Positions 29,860-38,900 of a DNA stretch of 64,000 bases are shown one piece after another. Source of the DNA: Anaerolineae bacterium (GTDB taxonomy: Bacteria > Chloroflexota > Anaerolineae > Anaerolineales > UBA4823); contig QEXX01000088.1 of NCBI GenBank assembly GCA_003130835.1, forward strand, positions 16,715-80,714, given 5' to 3'. Below the pieces are notes generated by a model that saw only the letters and a program-made list of their open reading frames with translations, made no database searches and was not told the origin of the DNA. The translations under genes were made by a program, and so were the position numbers. The first letter of the stretch is position 1. Each line of letters starts with the position of its first letter.

Positions 29860-32688
29860 TTACCAAGTGGGCAAACAAAGTCGAAAGGCGCTTCCAGCTC
29901 CAATCTTGCTCTCTACCTCGATTTGTCCTTGATGAAGTTCAATGATTTCCTTGACGATCGCCAGTCCTAAACCGGTGCCATGAATCTTGGATTGACGCAC
30001 GGAACGCCCGCGATAAAACCGTTCAAAAATATGGGGTAAATCTTCTTCGCTAATGCCAATGCCGCTATCCCGAATTTCTAGGTAAATCCGCTCGCCATTT
30101 TGCCAACTGGTTACTTTTACCCACCCTGTTGGTGTGTATTGGATAGCATTTCCGATCAGGTTTTGAATTGCTCTCGATAGGTAATGGGCTTCCCCCCGTA
30201 CAACGGCAGGAGCTGAAAGATCGGTTATCAACTCCAAGCCAACTTGTTGAGCCGCCGGGGTGTAAGCGGTTATCGCTTGCTCAACCAACAAATTCAAATC
30301 GACCGGTTCGAATTCAATCTTACGCGTTTTTCCTATCGCCAATCGCGAGAGATCCAAAATATCCTCAACCAGGCGGCGCAACAATTGGCTCTGATCTTTT
30401 AGCACCTGAATATATTCCGTCTTCTTATGCTCTGGTGCTATTTCGAGCAACTCAAGATACAGGCCGATATTTGTCGTCGGCGTGCGCAGTTCATGCGATA
30501 CATCCGCAACAAAGATGTCTTTGAGTCGTTCCAATTCTTTCCGATAGGTAATATCCCGCTGGGTAGCGACATAATTAATGAGTTGACCGTTTTGATCGCG
30601 TACAGGAGCAATCGTAAGAAGGATATCGTAGGGTTCACCATTTTTTCGTTGGTGAAGAAGTTCACCACTCCACACATCGCCTTTTAGCAGTGCAGCTTGG
30701 ATCGCTTCAATTGTAGAGACTGGATTATAGAGACCCAGCCAGTCGAAGTAATTCTGATGGATCAGCTCATGTTCTTCGTAGGAGGTTTGCACTTCCATCG
30801 CATGATTGATCAACTCGATCGAACCATTCAAGTCTGTCACCACCACCCCATCCCCCACACTTGCCAAAATCGCTTCCACCCGTTTCTTAGCTTCAAAAAG
30901 TTCCTTTGTCCGTTCTTGAACACGCAGTTCCAATTCGCTGGCATATTGCTGTAATTGATTCAGCAAGTGGATATTTTCAATCACCGGACCGAGGTTTCGG
31001 GAAACCACGCGTAAGATATCCATATCTTCAGCACTAAAGACATCACCCCCATATTTTGGTCCCAAAGCCAGTAATCCTTTGACAGTTTGATGGCTAATAA
31101 TCGGCACCCATAAATGAGCTTGAGCACTACCTAACAATTGAAATTCTTCGGGTGAGAGTTTCGCTTGTGCAAGGGCATGGGCTATGGTTCTTCTCTCTTC
31201 CTCCCCCACTTTCAAAAGGAATTCAAGGCTGCTTCGGGGCAAAACCGTTGTATCCCCTACTTCAGGATTCTCCTGTAAAACTGCGCCTTCTGGAGCAACC
31301 GCTACCACTGAGAAATCGCCATGAATGTCGGTCAAGAAAATACAGGCATCAGCAATGCGTAAGGTTTTGACTAACCGCTTGCTGACCTCCTTAGCTAATG
31401 CATTCAGATCATTGATATGTTCCAATCCAGAGGTGATTTGCAATACCGCTGAGCGGTAATCATACCAGCCTCCATAAAACAAGGTATCCACCAAGCGCTG
31501 AGTGTAGCGTGAAATGGGTAAAACGCTGGTTGCCAGCAATAAGATGATTAAGGTATTGAGGGCAGGATCAAAAAGCAACTGTTTGGGCAGGAATCGATCG
31601 AAAATTGAAAAAATGCCTAAGTAGATGCCCACCAAAGTAAAAAATACAATCAATACTGTCACCCCTCGATTGATGTGCCGTTCGATTTCAATTAATCGAT
31701 AACGGAAGACCGCATATCCGTAAACCAGCGGTAAAGCTGATAAAAAGATAAAGATAACGGGTGTAGCTAGTAAAGTGCGATTGAGCAAGACTTCTGGTAA
31801 TAAATAGGTGGTAATGAGTGGCAAAGCTGCAAGCAATCCCCCCAATAATACGAGGCGAATCTTGGCACGGGCACTACTGCTGGTTGTGTGTTGGTAGTTA
31901 TAGTGAAGCAAAATGACACAGATCAATAAGTTGAAAGCTAAGAACAACCGCGAGAGTGGCATCAGAAATGAGAGCAAAGGATGGTCTTGGAGGTTAGCTG
32001 TTCCCCAGAGTAGATGCATTATTCCCCCCAGAAAACCGATCAAGTACAAAAGCAGTAAAACTCCTCGACGCTGAAATTGTTTTTTCTCTTGAGGAAAATG
32101 TAAGTGAAAATGCACCGAGATCGGGCCGACGATCCACCAGAGAAAATAATACAGATCAAGCACAATCGAGGGTGCCAAACCAGAGGCTTGTCCAGCCGTG
32201 AGCAATAAGCCTGAAGCTAAAAAGAACCAGAAAAACAAACGCGTTGTTGGAGAGCGCGGTGCATAAGCTTCAACTGCCAGCGCCACAAACAAAAATACCG
32301 CAGCCACAAACAAAGGGGTTAACCTTCGAAGCAATTCAGAGGGAGGCGGAGCAGTCAGCACAACAGGCACAACCACCTTTGCCTCCCCCCTTTGCACAAG
32401 GAAATCAACAGTATCCCCAACATGTTTTCCCCCATACCAAGCTGACGCGTCAGACAATGGCTCACCATCGATCTCCAAGAGAATATCCCCTACCTCAAAA
32501 GACGGAGGCCCTTTGCTTACTGCAACTGCAAGAATTTGATGAGAAGCTGATAAGCCTCGGATGCCATCATCTGGGTACTTGCTGACCAGAATGGCCACCC
32601 AGACGATCACACTAAAAGCGAAAAGCCCGACCAAAAAAGGAAAGCTAAGACGAAGTCTAGGGGAGGGCTGAAAGGGGATTGATTGCAT
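29860..32688 (-). CDS. Sensor histidine kinase: TM-PDZ-multi-TM-GAF-PAS-HisKA-HATPase (ComP-like input)
   Basis: PDZ (GDILLEIDGEP, VGDTVDFLVQRG), about 8 further hydrophobic helices, GAF (LWVPI..GLLALG..FSAED), PAS (GVVVTDLNG), H-box SHELRTP, N-box NLIGNAIQY, G boxes DSGIGI and GTGLGL. Confidence 0.92.
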   Translation of the reverse strand: MQSIPFQPSPRLRLSFPFLVGLFAFSVIVWVAILVSKYPDDGIRGLSASHQILAVAVSKGPPSFEVGDILLEIDGEPLSDASAWYGGKHVGDTVDFLVQRGEAKVVVPVVLTAPPPSELLRRLTPLFVAAVFLFVALAVEAYAPRSPTTRLFFWFFLASGLLLTAGQASGLAPSIVLDLYYFLWWIVGPISVHFHLHFPQEKKQFQRRGVLLLLYLIGFLGGIMHLLWGTANLQDHPLLSFLMPLSRLFLAFNLLICVILLHYNYQHTTSSSARAKIRLVLLGGLLAALPLITTYLLPEVLLNRTLLATPVIFIFLSALPLVYGYAVFRYRLIEIERHINRGVTVLIVFFTLVGIYLGIFSIFDRFLPKQLLFDPALNTLIILLLATSVLPISRYTQRLVDTLFYGGWYDYRSAVLQITSGLEHINDLNALAKEVSKRLVKTLRIADACIFLTDIHGDFSVVAVAPEGAVLQENPEVGDTTVLPRSSLEFLLKVGEEERRTIAHALAQAKLSPEEFQLLGSAQAHLWVPIISHQTVKGLLALGPKYGGDVFSAEDMDILRVVSRNLGPVIENIHLLNQLQQYASELELRVQERTKELFEAKKRVEAILASVGDGVVVTDLNGSIELINHAMEVQTSYEEHELIHQNYFDWLGLYNPVSTIEAIQAALLKGDVWSGELLHQRKNGEPYDILLTIAPVRDQNGQLINYVATQRDITYRKELERLKDIFVADVSHELRTPTTNIGLYLELLEIAPEHKKTEYIQVLKDQSQLLRRLVEDILDLSRLAIGKTRKIEFEPVDLNLLVEQAITAYTPAAQQVGLELITDLSAPAVVRGEAHYLSRAIQNLIGNAIQYTPTGWVKVTSWQNGERIYLEIRDSGIGISEEDLPHIFERFYRGRSVRQSKIHGTGLGLAIVKEIIELHQGQIEVESKIGAGSAFRLCLPTW

Positions 32689-32777
32689 AGGGTTTAGTTT
32701 ACTACGTTATCAGAAGAGGTGCAACTTGAATGTCCAAGCGTCCAAACATCGATGTTGACTGCAGGCTCGAAAATACC

Positions 32778-33782
32778 TTAATTCTCCCCCACCAAGCGAT
32801 TCAGGACACAGATAAGGGTTGCTTGTGCAATTGGTTGCAATCGATTGTTGTGTAAGTGTTTTCGTGCCAACTCAGCTTCCTGAGTCAGCATTGTCATGAT
32901 GTATAAGGCAGCTCCGGTTTGATTGACCCACGCCACATAGCTTTGCCACTCCTCAGGCCGTTCGGCAAGGTTGTCGATTACCCTACGGAAGGCAAGTTTC
33001 TGGTCGTCTGGTAGAACCTCAAGGGTATAAACTGTCGGCAAATTTTTATACCAGTTTAATGAGCGAGACAACGGGCTCTCACCCGCTTGTAGCCGGTGCC
33101 AATCTTCTAAATCGTCCAAAATTTGTAAAATCGACCCCACATGGGAACCAAAGTTCGCTAAATTCTTAACACAGCCTAGATCATCGGTTGCCATCCTCGC
33201 TCCTGCGTAGCAAGCCAAAGAAAAAAACGCACCCGATTTTTTTCGTAACATCTCGAGATAACTGGACAACGAAAATTCTTGGGTGGATAAGTCCTGTTGT
33301 TGTCCCTCGCACATTTCCAACAGTCGCTCTTGAAAGCTCTTCAAGACGCTCGCAACGCGCCTCTTGTCATAATCCTGATCGAGCAATGCCGTCAGAAGGG
33401 CATTTGCGATGAAAAAATAGCTTGAAGCTAGGTTTAACCATTCAGAAAAAGAATAAGGCGTATTGGCTAGGTCAACCCGCTGATCAAAATCTTGAACGCT
33501 ATCCATCAAGTCGGCAGCAAGATAAAACAAGTACCACGCTGCGCTGATCTCAGGCGGGAAATGATCGCTTCCCCCACAAGCTTGATAGGACAAACGGGGA
33601 AAAAGCAAGGTCAAATTACTATTCGAGAAAGATTGAGGACGCGGCGAAAGGCGCGACAAACTTTTCCATATCACCTCCTTAAATGGAGGCGATATGGAAA
33701 AGTTCGCAAAATAAGATTGAATAGTACGAAAAACTAAGTCTAACTCTCGGTTGACAAGCGACTCAAGCTCGTCTATCGCCAT
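32778..33782 (-). CDS. Isoprenyl-diphosphate-synthase-fold protein, ComQ-like peptide prenyltransferase candidate
   Basis: Asp-rich motifs ADLMDSVQD and QILDDLED, GQQQDL, KKSGAF; lacks GKRxRP and post-FARM RRG; start overlaps the upstream peptide gene. Confidence 0.75.
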   Translation of the reverse strand: MAIDELESLVNRELDLVFRTIQSYFANFSISPPFKEVIWKSLSRLSPRPQSFSNSNLTLLFPRLSYQACGGSDHFPPEISAAWYLFYLAADLMDSVQDFDQRVDLANTPYSFSEWLNLASSYFFIANALLTALLDQDYDKRRVASVLKSFQERLLEMCEGQQQDLSTQEFSLSSYLEMLRKKSGAFFSLACYAGARMATDDLGCVKNLANFGSHVGSILQILDDLEDWHRLQAGESPLSRSLNWYKNLPTVYTLEVLPDDQKLAFRRVIDNLAERPEEWQSYVAWVNQTGAALYIMTMLTQEAELARKHLHNNRLQPIAQATLICVLNRLVGEN

Positions 33783-33988
33783 CCGAGATACATTGAAGCC
33801 ACTTCCTGCATTGAGATGAGGTTGCCATCCGCTCGAGTGGATCGTCGCAAGCCATGCGTGAGGAAGGCCTTCTCTTCGTAACTCAGTTGAATCCCTTTCT
33901 CCGCTAAGGCGCCTTCAGGGTCTGTCTGCAGACGCGCAGCAAACTCTGAATCGGTAGAAAGTTGGTAGACGACTTGGGCGAGTGTCAT
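33773..33988 (-). CDS. ComX-like / RiPP precursor peptide (71 aa, penultimate Trp)
   Basis: Strong SD AAGGAGAAAGG; leader-like DSEFAARLQTDPEGALAEKGIQLSYEE; only Trp is in C-terminal YLGWR; 10-bp overlap with the prenyltransferase. Confidence 0.72.
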   Translation of the reverse strand: MTLAQVVYQLSTDSEFAARLQTDPEGALAEKGIQLSYEEKAFLTHGLRRSTRADGNLISMQEVASMYLGWR

Positions 33989-34039
33989 TTTACCTTTCTC
34001 CTTGAATAAAGATATAATATGGTTTGAAATAACAATTTC

Positions 34040-34121
34040 TATTTACCATAAATTGGAGTAAAAGTCAAGTATTTTCCCTAAATATAGGGCAAGAAGCATC
34101 TACAACCCCAATATATTGGGG
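34040..34121 (-). promoter_or_regulatory. Putative precursor promoter with two upstream palindromic operator sites
   Basis: Minus strand TTGACT(34068-34063)-17-TAAATA; palindromes CCCTAAATATAGGG (34076-34089) and CCCCAATATATTGGGG (34106-34121). Confidence 0.55.
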
Positions 34122-34165
34122 GTATAAACAAAATATTTTGCAAACACAGAATTAGGAGCAAGGAT

Positions 34166-35065
34166 ATGTCTCTCGAACGAGTTGTAACCATTGACCTCAA
34201 TTTTTTTGGTTTTCCAGGTGCCATTGCCTCTTACCTCGTGCACCTCCCTCATCAAGCCGTCCTGATTGAACCGGGACCCGCAACCACCATTCCCACCCTC
34301 AAGCAGACTTTGGCAGATTTGGACCTTACGCCATCTGACATCCGCGATGTGTTTATTACGCATATTCATCTGGATCACGCCGGAGCAGCGGGGTGGTTGG
34401 CAGAGCAGGGCGCAACCATCCACGTTCATCCCAAAGGTGCCCCGCATCTGATCAATCCAGAAAAATTACTGCAAAGTGCCAGCCGGATCTACGGGGAATT
34501 TATGGATACCCTATGGGGCGAATTCAAGCCGGTGTCCGAGAGCAACATTCACATCCCCCAAGACAACGAGAGGGTATCGATTGATGGCTTTTCTTTTCAA
34601 GTTCTAGACACTCCGGGACATTCCAATCACCATTACTCGATCCTCTTTGAAGGGGTTCTCTTTTCCGGAGATATTGGGGGAATTCGAGTAGGGAACACTC
34701 CTCACATCGAGCTTCCAACTCCACCGCCAGAGTTCAACCCCCAAACGTGGCGGGCTAGCCTTTTGCGCCTGCAGGAATTGGAACTGCGAGCCATTGCGCC
34801 GACCCACTTTGGCATCTATACCGATGTTCAATATCATCTTGACCATCTATTAAGACAATTGGATCAGCTCGAAGAGTGGTTGGAGACTCAAATGTCATCT
34901 AACCCCTCAATTGAGGAACTAAGTGAGGCTTTAGGGCAGTGGCTTAACGCTCAGGGAAGAAGCCAACTGCCCCAATCTTATCAACCGTACTTTACCTACC
35001 TAAACCCAACTTGGATGAGCGCCGCCGGCATTTACCGCTATTGGCATAAAGTCCGTCAAGCCTGA
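34166..35065 (+). CDS. MBL-fold metallo-hydrolase
   Basis: THIHLDHAG (HxHxDH), TPGHSNHH, FSGD, PTHFG; SD AGGAG. Confidence 0.9.
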   Translation: MSLERVVTIDLNFFGFPGAIASYLVHLPHQAVLIEPGPATTIPTLKQTLADLDLTPSDIRDVFITHIHLDHAGAAGWLAEQGATIHVHPKGAPHLINPEKLLQSASRIYGEFMDTLWGEFKPVSESNIHIPQDNERVSIDGFSFQVLDTPGHSNHHYSILFEGVLFSGDIGGIRVGNTPHIELPTPPPEFNPQTWRASLLRLQELELRAIAPTHFGIYTDVQYHLDHLLRQLDQLEEWLETQMSSNPSIEELSEALGQWLNAQGRSQLPQSYQPYFTYLNPTWMSAAGIYRYWHKVRQA

Positions 35066-36108
35066 AAGATTCGATTAAGCTCGTCCAAAGTCTCCCGTTT
35101 CGGTCGTATCTGATCCTCACGCAGCCGATTCAGGGGCGTGTCGGTCAGTTGGTAGATATCCCACATGGACGGTTGATCGGGATCAATGTAGATCAAGCCA
35201 GTAATTAAGCAGTTGCAACGGTTAGCTTCCTCTAGTACTTTCATCGCAGCTTCTCGATCGGTTGGGTCGTAATCTCTACCTAACTTCCGTAAAACGATAA
35301 CAGAACCATCATGCAACTCAACTTCCCTTGTTTCGCCCTCATCGTATTCGAGCAGAATTTCTTCTGCGCGTGGCACATAAGATAACTCATGTAAGGCTGT
35401 TTCGTGATTCTTTCCCCATGCGTAAGAATGGGTTGCAGTGTCAACGTTGTTAAACGTCACACACGGCGAAATGATGTCCAACACCGCAACGCCATTGTGG
35501 TTTAGTGCAGCTTTGATTAATTCCTTAACCTGTTTCGGATCGCCCGCAAATGAACGAGCCACAAAGGTAGCATGCCCTACCAGTGCCTCCCAAGCGATAT
35601 CGATAGGCATATAGGGGTTGATACCATGGGATTTTAGCTCTAAACCTTGATCAGCAGTGGCCGAAAATTGGCCCTTGGTTAAGCCATAAACCCCATTGTT
35701 CTCTACAATATAGACCAATCGCATATTGCGACGCAATAAGTGTTTGAACTGCCCCATACCAATACTAGCCGTATCTCCATCGCCACTAACGCCAATCCCA
35801 CGCAGCGTATGGTCAGCAAAAAGCGCTCCAGTTGCCAACGAAGGCATTCGCCCATGCAAGCCGTTAAAACCGAACGAACGATTGAGAAAATAAAATGGAC
35901 TCTTGCTGGAACAACCAATGCCACTAAACTTAACAATCTCTTCCGGTAGTAAATTAAGCTCGTAGCAAGCAGCAATAATCTGGCTTGAGATCGAATTGTG
36001 ACCACATCCCTGGCACAAGGTCGAAGGATTCCCCCGATAATCGGCTTTGGTTAAACCGATAGCGTTTACAACAACTCGGACATCTGTCGGAGAGGTATGC
36101 TCACTCAT
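35056..36108 (-). CDS. korB: 2-oxoacid:ferredoxin oxidoreductase beta subunit
   Basis: LCQGCGH, SGIGCSSK, HGR, SGDGD TPP motif, NNGVYGLTKGQ.S, SPCVTFN. Confidence 0.92.
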   Translation of the reverse strand: MSEHTSPTDVRVVVNAIGLTKADYRGNPSTLCQGCGHNSISSQIIAACYELNLLPEEIVKFSGIGCSSKSPFYFLNRSFGFNGLHGRMPSLATGALFADHTLRGIGVSGDGDTASIGMGQFKHLLRRNMRLVYIVENNGVYGLTKGQFSATADQGLELKSHGINPYMPIDIAWEALVGHATFVARSFAGDPKQVKELIKAALNHNGVAVLDIISPCVTFNNVDTATHSYAWGKNHETALHELSYVPRAEEILLEYDEGETREVELHDGSVIVLRKLGRDYDPTDREAAMKVLEEANRCNCLITGLIYIDPDQPSMWDIYQLTDTPLNRLREDQIRPKRETLDELNRIFQA

Positions 36109-37936
36109 CTTGTTTCTCCTTAAGAAGGATAAAATCGTAGATCTGTTTTGCCGTCAATGGTAACCCATCGGTATAAGCATAGGAAATCATCTTCGGCGCT
36201 AATTCTGGAAAATGCATTCGTAATAACTGATGCAACTGTCCGTCACGATTCATCTCAATAATATAGTTCCGTTCATATTGAGAACAAATTTCTTTTACGG
36301 TATCCGTAAACGGGTAAGAACGAATGCGAGTAAAATCACTCGCAATGCCTTCATCGTGCAAGAGTGCGCGTGCTTCGCGGATCGCTGGCTCAGTCGAACC
36401 AAAGCTGACCAAATTAATTTGTGCATTGGGCATTTCTTCTACGATCGGTTGAGGTAGCGATGGCTTGAGGGTCTCAAACTTCTTTTTCAACCGATTGAGC
36501 AAGGCATGCCAGTCTTCGGGAGCTTCCGAGTAATTGGCGTATTCATCATGTCCGGTTCCTCGAGTGAAATAAGCTGCTTTAGGATGTCGATTCCCAATCA
36601 CAGTTCGATAGGGGACACCATCTCCATCGACATCCAAGTACCGCGCCCATTTTCCATTTAGCCGCTCTAAATCTTCCTCCCACAATACTTTTCCTCGCTG
36701 CATAGGGCGGTCCGGATACTCAAAGGGTTTTCCCATCCATTGATTCATGCCAAAATCCAAATCGGATAACACGATCACCGGCGTTTGATATTGCTCGGCT
36801 AGGTCAAAGGCTTTCCAAGCAAACTCAAAGCATTCGTTTACTGAACCCGGCATGAGAATAATATTCTGAGTATCACCATGGCCCATAAACGCTACAAAGG
36901 TCAGATCACCTTGTGAAGTGCGGGTCGGCAAGCCGGTGCTGGGTCCAACCCGCTGAATGTCCCAAACCACGACTGGAACCTCAGCAAAATAACCCAAACC
37001 GAGGTACTCTGTCATTAAGCTCAAGCCCGGTCCAGAAGTTGAACTCATTGCCCGTAACCCACCCCATCCGGCACCAATTGCCATTCCAATGGCAGCCAGT
37101 TCATCTTCGGCTTGTACCACCACATACGTATTTTTGCCCGTCTCAGGGTCTTTTCGTAATTTCGGTAAATATGTTTGTAGACTCTCAGCTAAACTGGTCG
37201 CCGGCGTGATCGGATACCAAGAGACAAATTGAACGCCACCGTAAATGGCGCCTAAAGCGGCTGCAGTGTTTCCATCGGTAAGGATCAAACCGGCCGTGGC
37301 ATTCATTGGCTCCAAGAAATACGGGTCTTTCTTTTCCAGGTTCTCTTTCGCCCACTGCGCCGCCAAAGAAACCACACCAAAGTTAATCTCCACCGGTTTA
37401 GCCTTGCCCTTAAAGTGAAACTCGAGCGCTTGACGGATTTTGTCTAAATCAATCCCGATCATTTGGGCTAAGATACCCACATAAACCATATTTGCCACAT
37501 AATCTTTTAAGTAAGCTGGGATGTCCACCTGTCGAATGAGTTGCTTCACCGGCATGGGATACGTCACAATGTCCTCGCGCGTGATCGGTAAGCGAATATC
37601 GTCGGCATAAAAGAAAGCCCCACCCGGCTTTAACGAGGCTAAATCTTGGGTGAAAGTTGCCGGATTCATCGAAATCAAAAGATCCGCCTCGCGTTTGCGC
37701 GCCACAAATCCATGTTTGTTGACTCGAATGGTGTACCAGGTAGGTAATCCTTGAATATTTGAGGGAAAGATGTTTTTCCCTGAAACCGGAATTCCCATCT
37801 TGAAGATGGCACGTAAAATCGCAGCATTAGAAGTCTGCGAACCAGAGCCATTCACAGTAGCGACCGTAATCGAGAAATCATTGATGATTTTCGTCCCTGT
37901 CTCTATTTGCTCATCCGTAAGAATCTTTGTTTTCAT
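36101..37936 (-). CDS. korA: 2-oxoacid:ferredoxin oxidoreductase alpha subunit (gamma-alpha fusion)
   Basis: NGSGSQT, FPSNIQG, YPITPAT, QAEDELAA, TSGPGLSLM, QRVGPSTGLPT. Confidence 0.92.
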   Translation of the reverse strand: MKTKILTDEQIETGTKIINDFSITVATVNGSGSQTSNAAILRAIFKMGIPVSGKNIFPSNIQGLPTWYTIRVNKHGFVARKREADLLISMNPATFTQDLASLKPGGAFFYADDIRLPITREDIVTYPMPVKQLIRQVDIPAYLKDYVANMVYVGILAQMIGIDLDKIRQALEFHFKGKAKPVEINFGVVSLAAQWAKENLEKKDPYFLEPMNATAGLILTDGNTAAALGAIYGGVQFVSWYPITPATSLAESLQTYLPKLRKDPETGKNTYVVVQAEDELAAIGMAIGAGWGGLRAMSSTSGPGLSLMTEYLGLGYFAEVPVVVWDIQRVGPSTGLPTRTSQGDLTFVAFMGHGDTQNIILMPGSVNECFEFAWKAFDLAEQYQTPVIVLSDLDFGMNQWMGKPFEYPDRPMQRGKVLWEEDLERLNGKWARYLDVDGDGVPYRTVIGNRHPKAAYFTRGTGHDEYANYSEAPEDWHALLNRLKKKFETLKPSLPQPIVEEMPNAQINLVSFGSTEPAIREARALLHDEGIASDFTRIRSYPFTDTVKEICSQYERNYIIEMNRDGQLHQLLRMHFPELAPKMISYAYTDGLPLTAKQIYDFILLKEKQDE

Positions 37937-37961
37937 CAAAAACTCCTTAAGTCACTGATCT

Positions 37962-38897
37962 CTATTCGAAATCGGTAAAGTAGAAAGGTAATCTTTGTAA
38001 AGCTTGTCCTAATCGGGTTCCATACCAAAAGATTAGCTTTCCATCAATTTGCTTGATTGCATTTCTTTCCACAGCGGTTACACCACAGAATTTCTGCTTC
38101 AGATCTTGCACATTGATGCGATCAAAAGGGTAAGGTTCTGAAGGTAACAGGATTAAGTTCGGATTGGCGTGGATAATTGTCTCGGTGCAAATCTTATCAT
38201 AACGGGTATCCCTAATCCCTATTTTTTGGTGCTCCGAGAACGCTGGTTGATTCTCTTCCTCAAAGTCATGTCTCCCAAAACAATTTTTGGCGCCAAAAAG
38301 GGATAACAAGTTGGCTGCGTAAGTTCGATCGTCAAATACCATCCAGACATCCTGACCCTGATTGACCTCATACCAAATCGGGCAGAAATAGCGGATATCG
38401 GGGGAATACTCCTGCCAACTCGAACGCACATATTCCAACAATTGCTCAATTGAGCGCACCTTGAGAAAGGCTTGCTTCGAGCGGAAACCTTCGGAGAGTT
38501 GATAAAGAAACCAAATTGTCTCATCAACCGTTGTTGGAAAAACAATCCAAACCGGAATCCCTCTCTTTACAAGTTGAAACAAATCGAGAGGAGAATTTTC
38601 TTCCAACCCCGCAATAATAAGATCCGGAGCTAAACGAACTATCCTCTCAATATCGATTGTCGCCGGTCCGCCAACCCGCTCAATCCGCCTCTCCCCCATT
38701 GGTTCGGGGCAATAAGAGGTGATTCCGAGCAGTGCATCCCCAAAACCAAGTTCAATGATGCTTTCTGTAATGGAAGGCACAAGGGAGACGATTTTCTGCG
38801 GGATATAGCTTACCGGCCAGGTAAAGCATTGCTCCAAAGCGGCCGCCATGCCCTCTAGTTGTTTGGTTGAGGCGATCCCTTGACCTTGTCCACCCAT
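37962..38897 (-). CDS. Helical-backbone metal receptor (BtuF-like binding protein)
   Basis: KIVSLVPSITE, GITSYC, VGGP, PDLII..EEN, LPSEPYPF, IDG..FWYG; start uncertain. Confidence 0.75.
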   Translation of the reverse strand: MGGQGQGIASTKQLEGMAAALEQCFTWPVSYIPQKIVSLVPSITESIIELGFGDALLGITSYCPEPMGERRIERVGGPATIDIERIVRLAPDLIIAGLEENSPLDLFQLVKRGIPVWIVFPTTVDETIWFLYQLSEGFRSKQAFLKVRSIEQLLEYVRSSWQEYSPDIRYFCPIWYEVNQGQDVWMVFDDRTYAANLLSLFGAKNCFGRHDFEEENQPAFSEHQKIGIRDTRYDKICTETIIHANPNLILLPSEPYPFDRINVQDLKQKFCGVTAVERNAIKQIDGKLIFWYGTRLGQALQRLPFYFTDFE

Positions 38898-38900
38898 TGT

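Noticed and set aside
34166-35065. MBL hydrolase as a quorum-quenching or peptide-processing partner of the adjacent cassette
   Set aside because: HxHxDH is generic to the MBL fold and the protein looks like a widespread housekeeping type; only adjacency supports a link.
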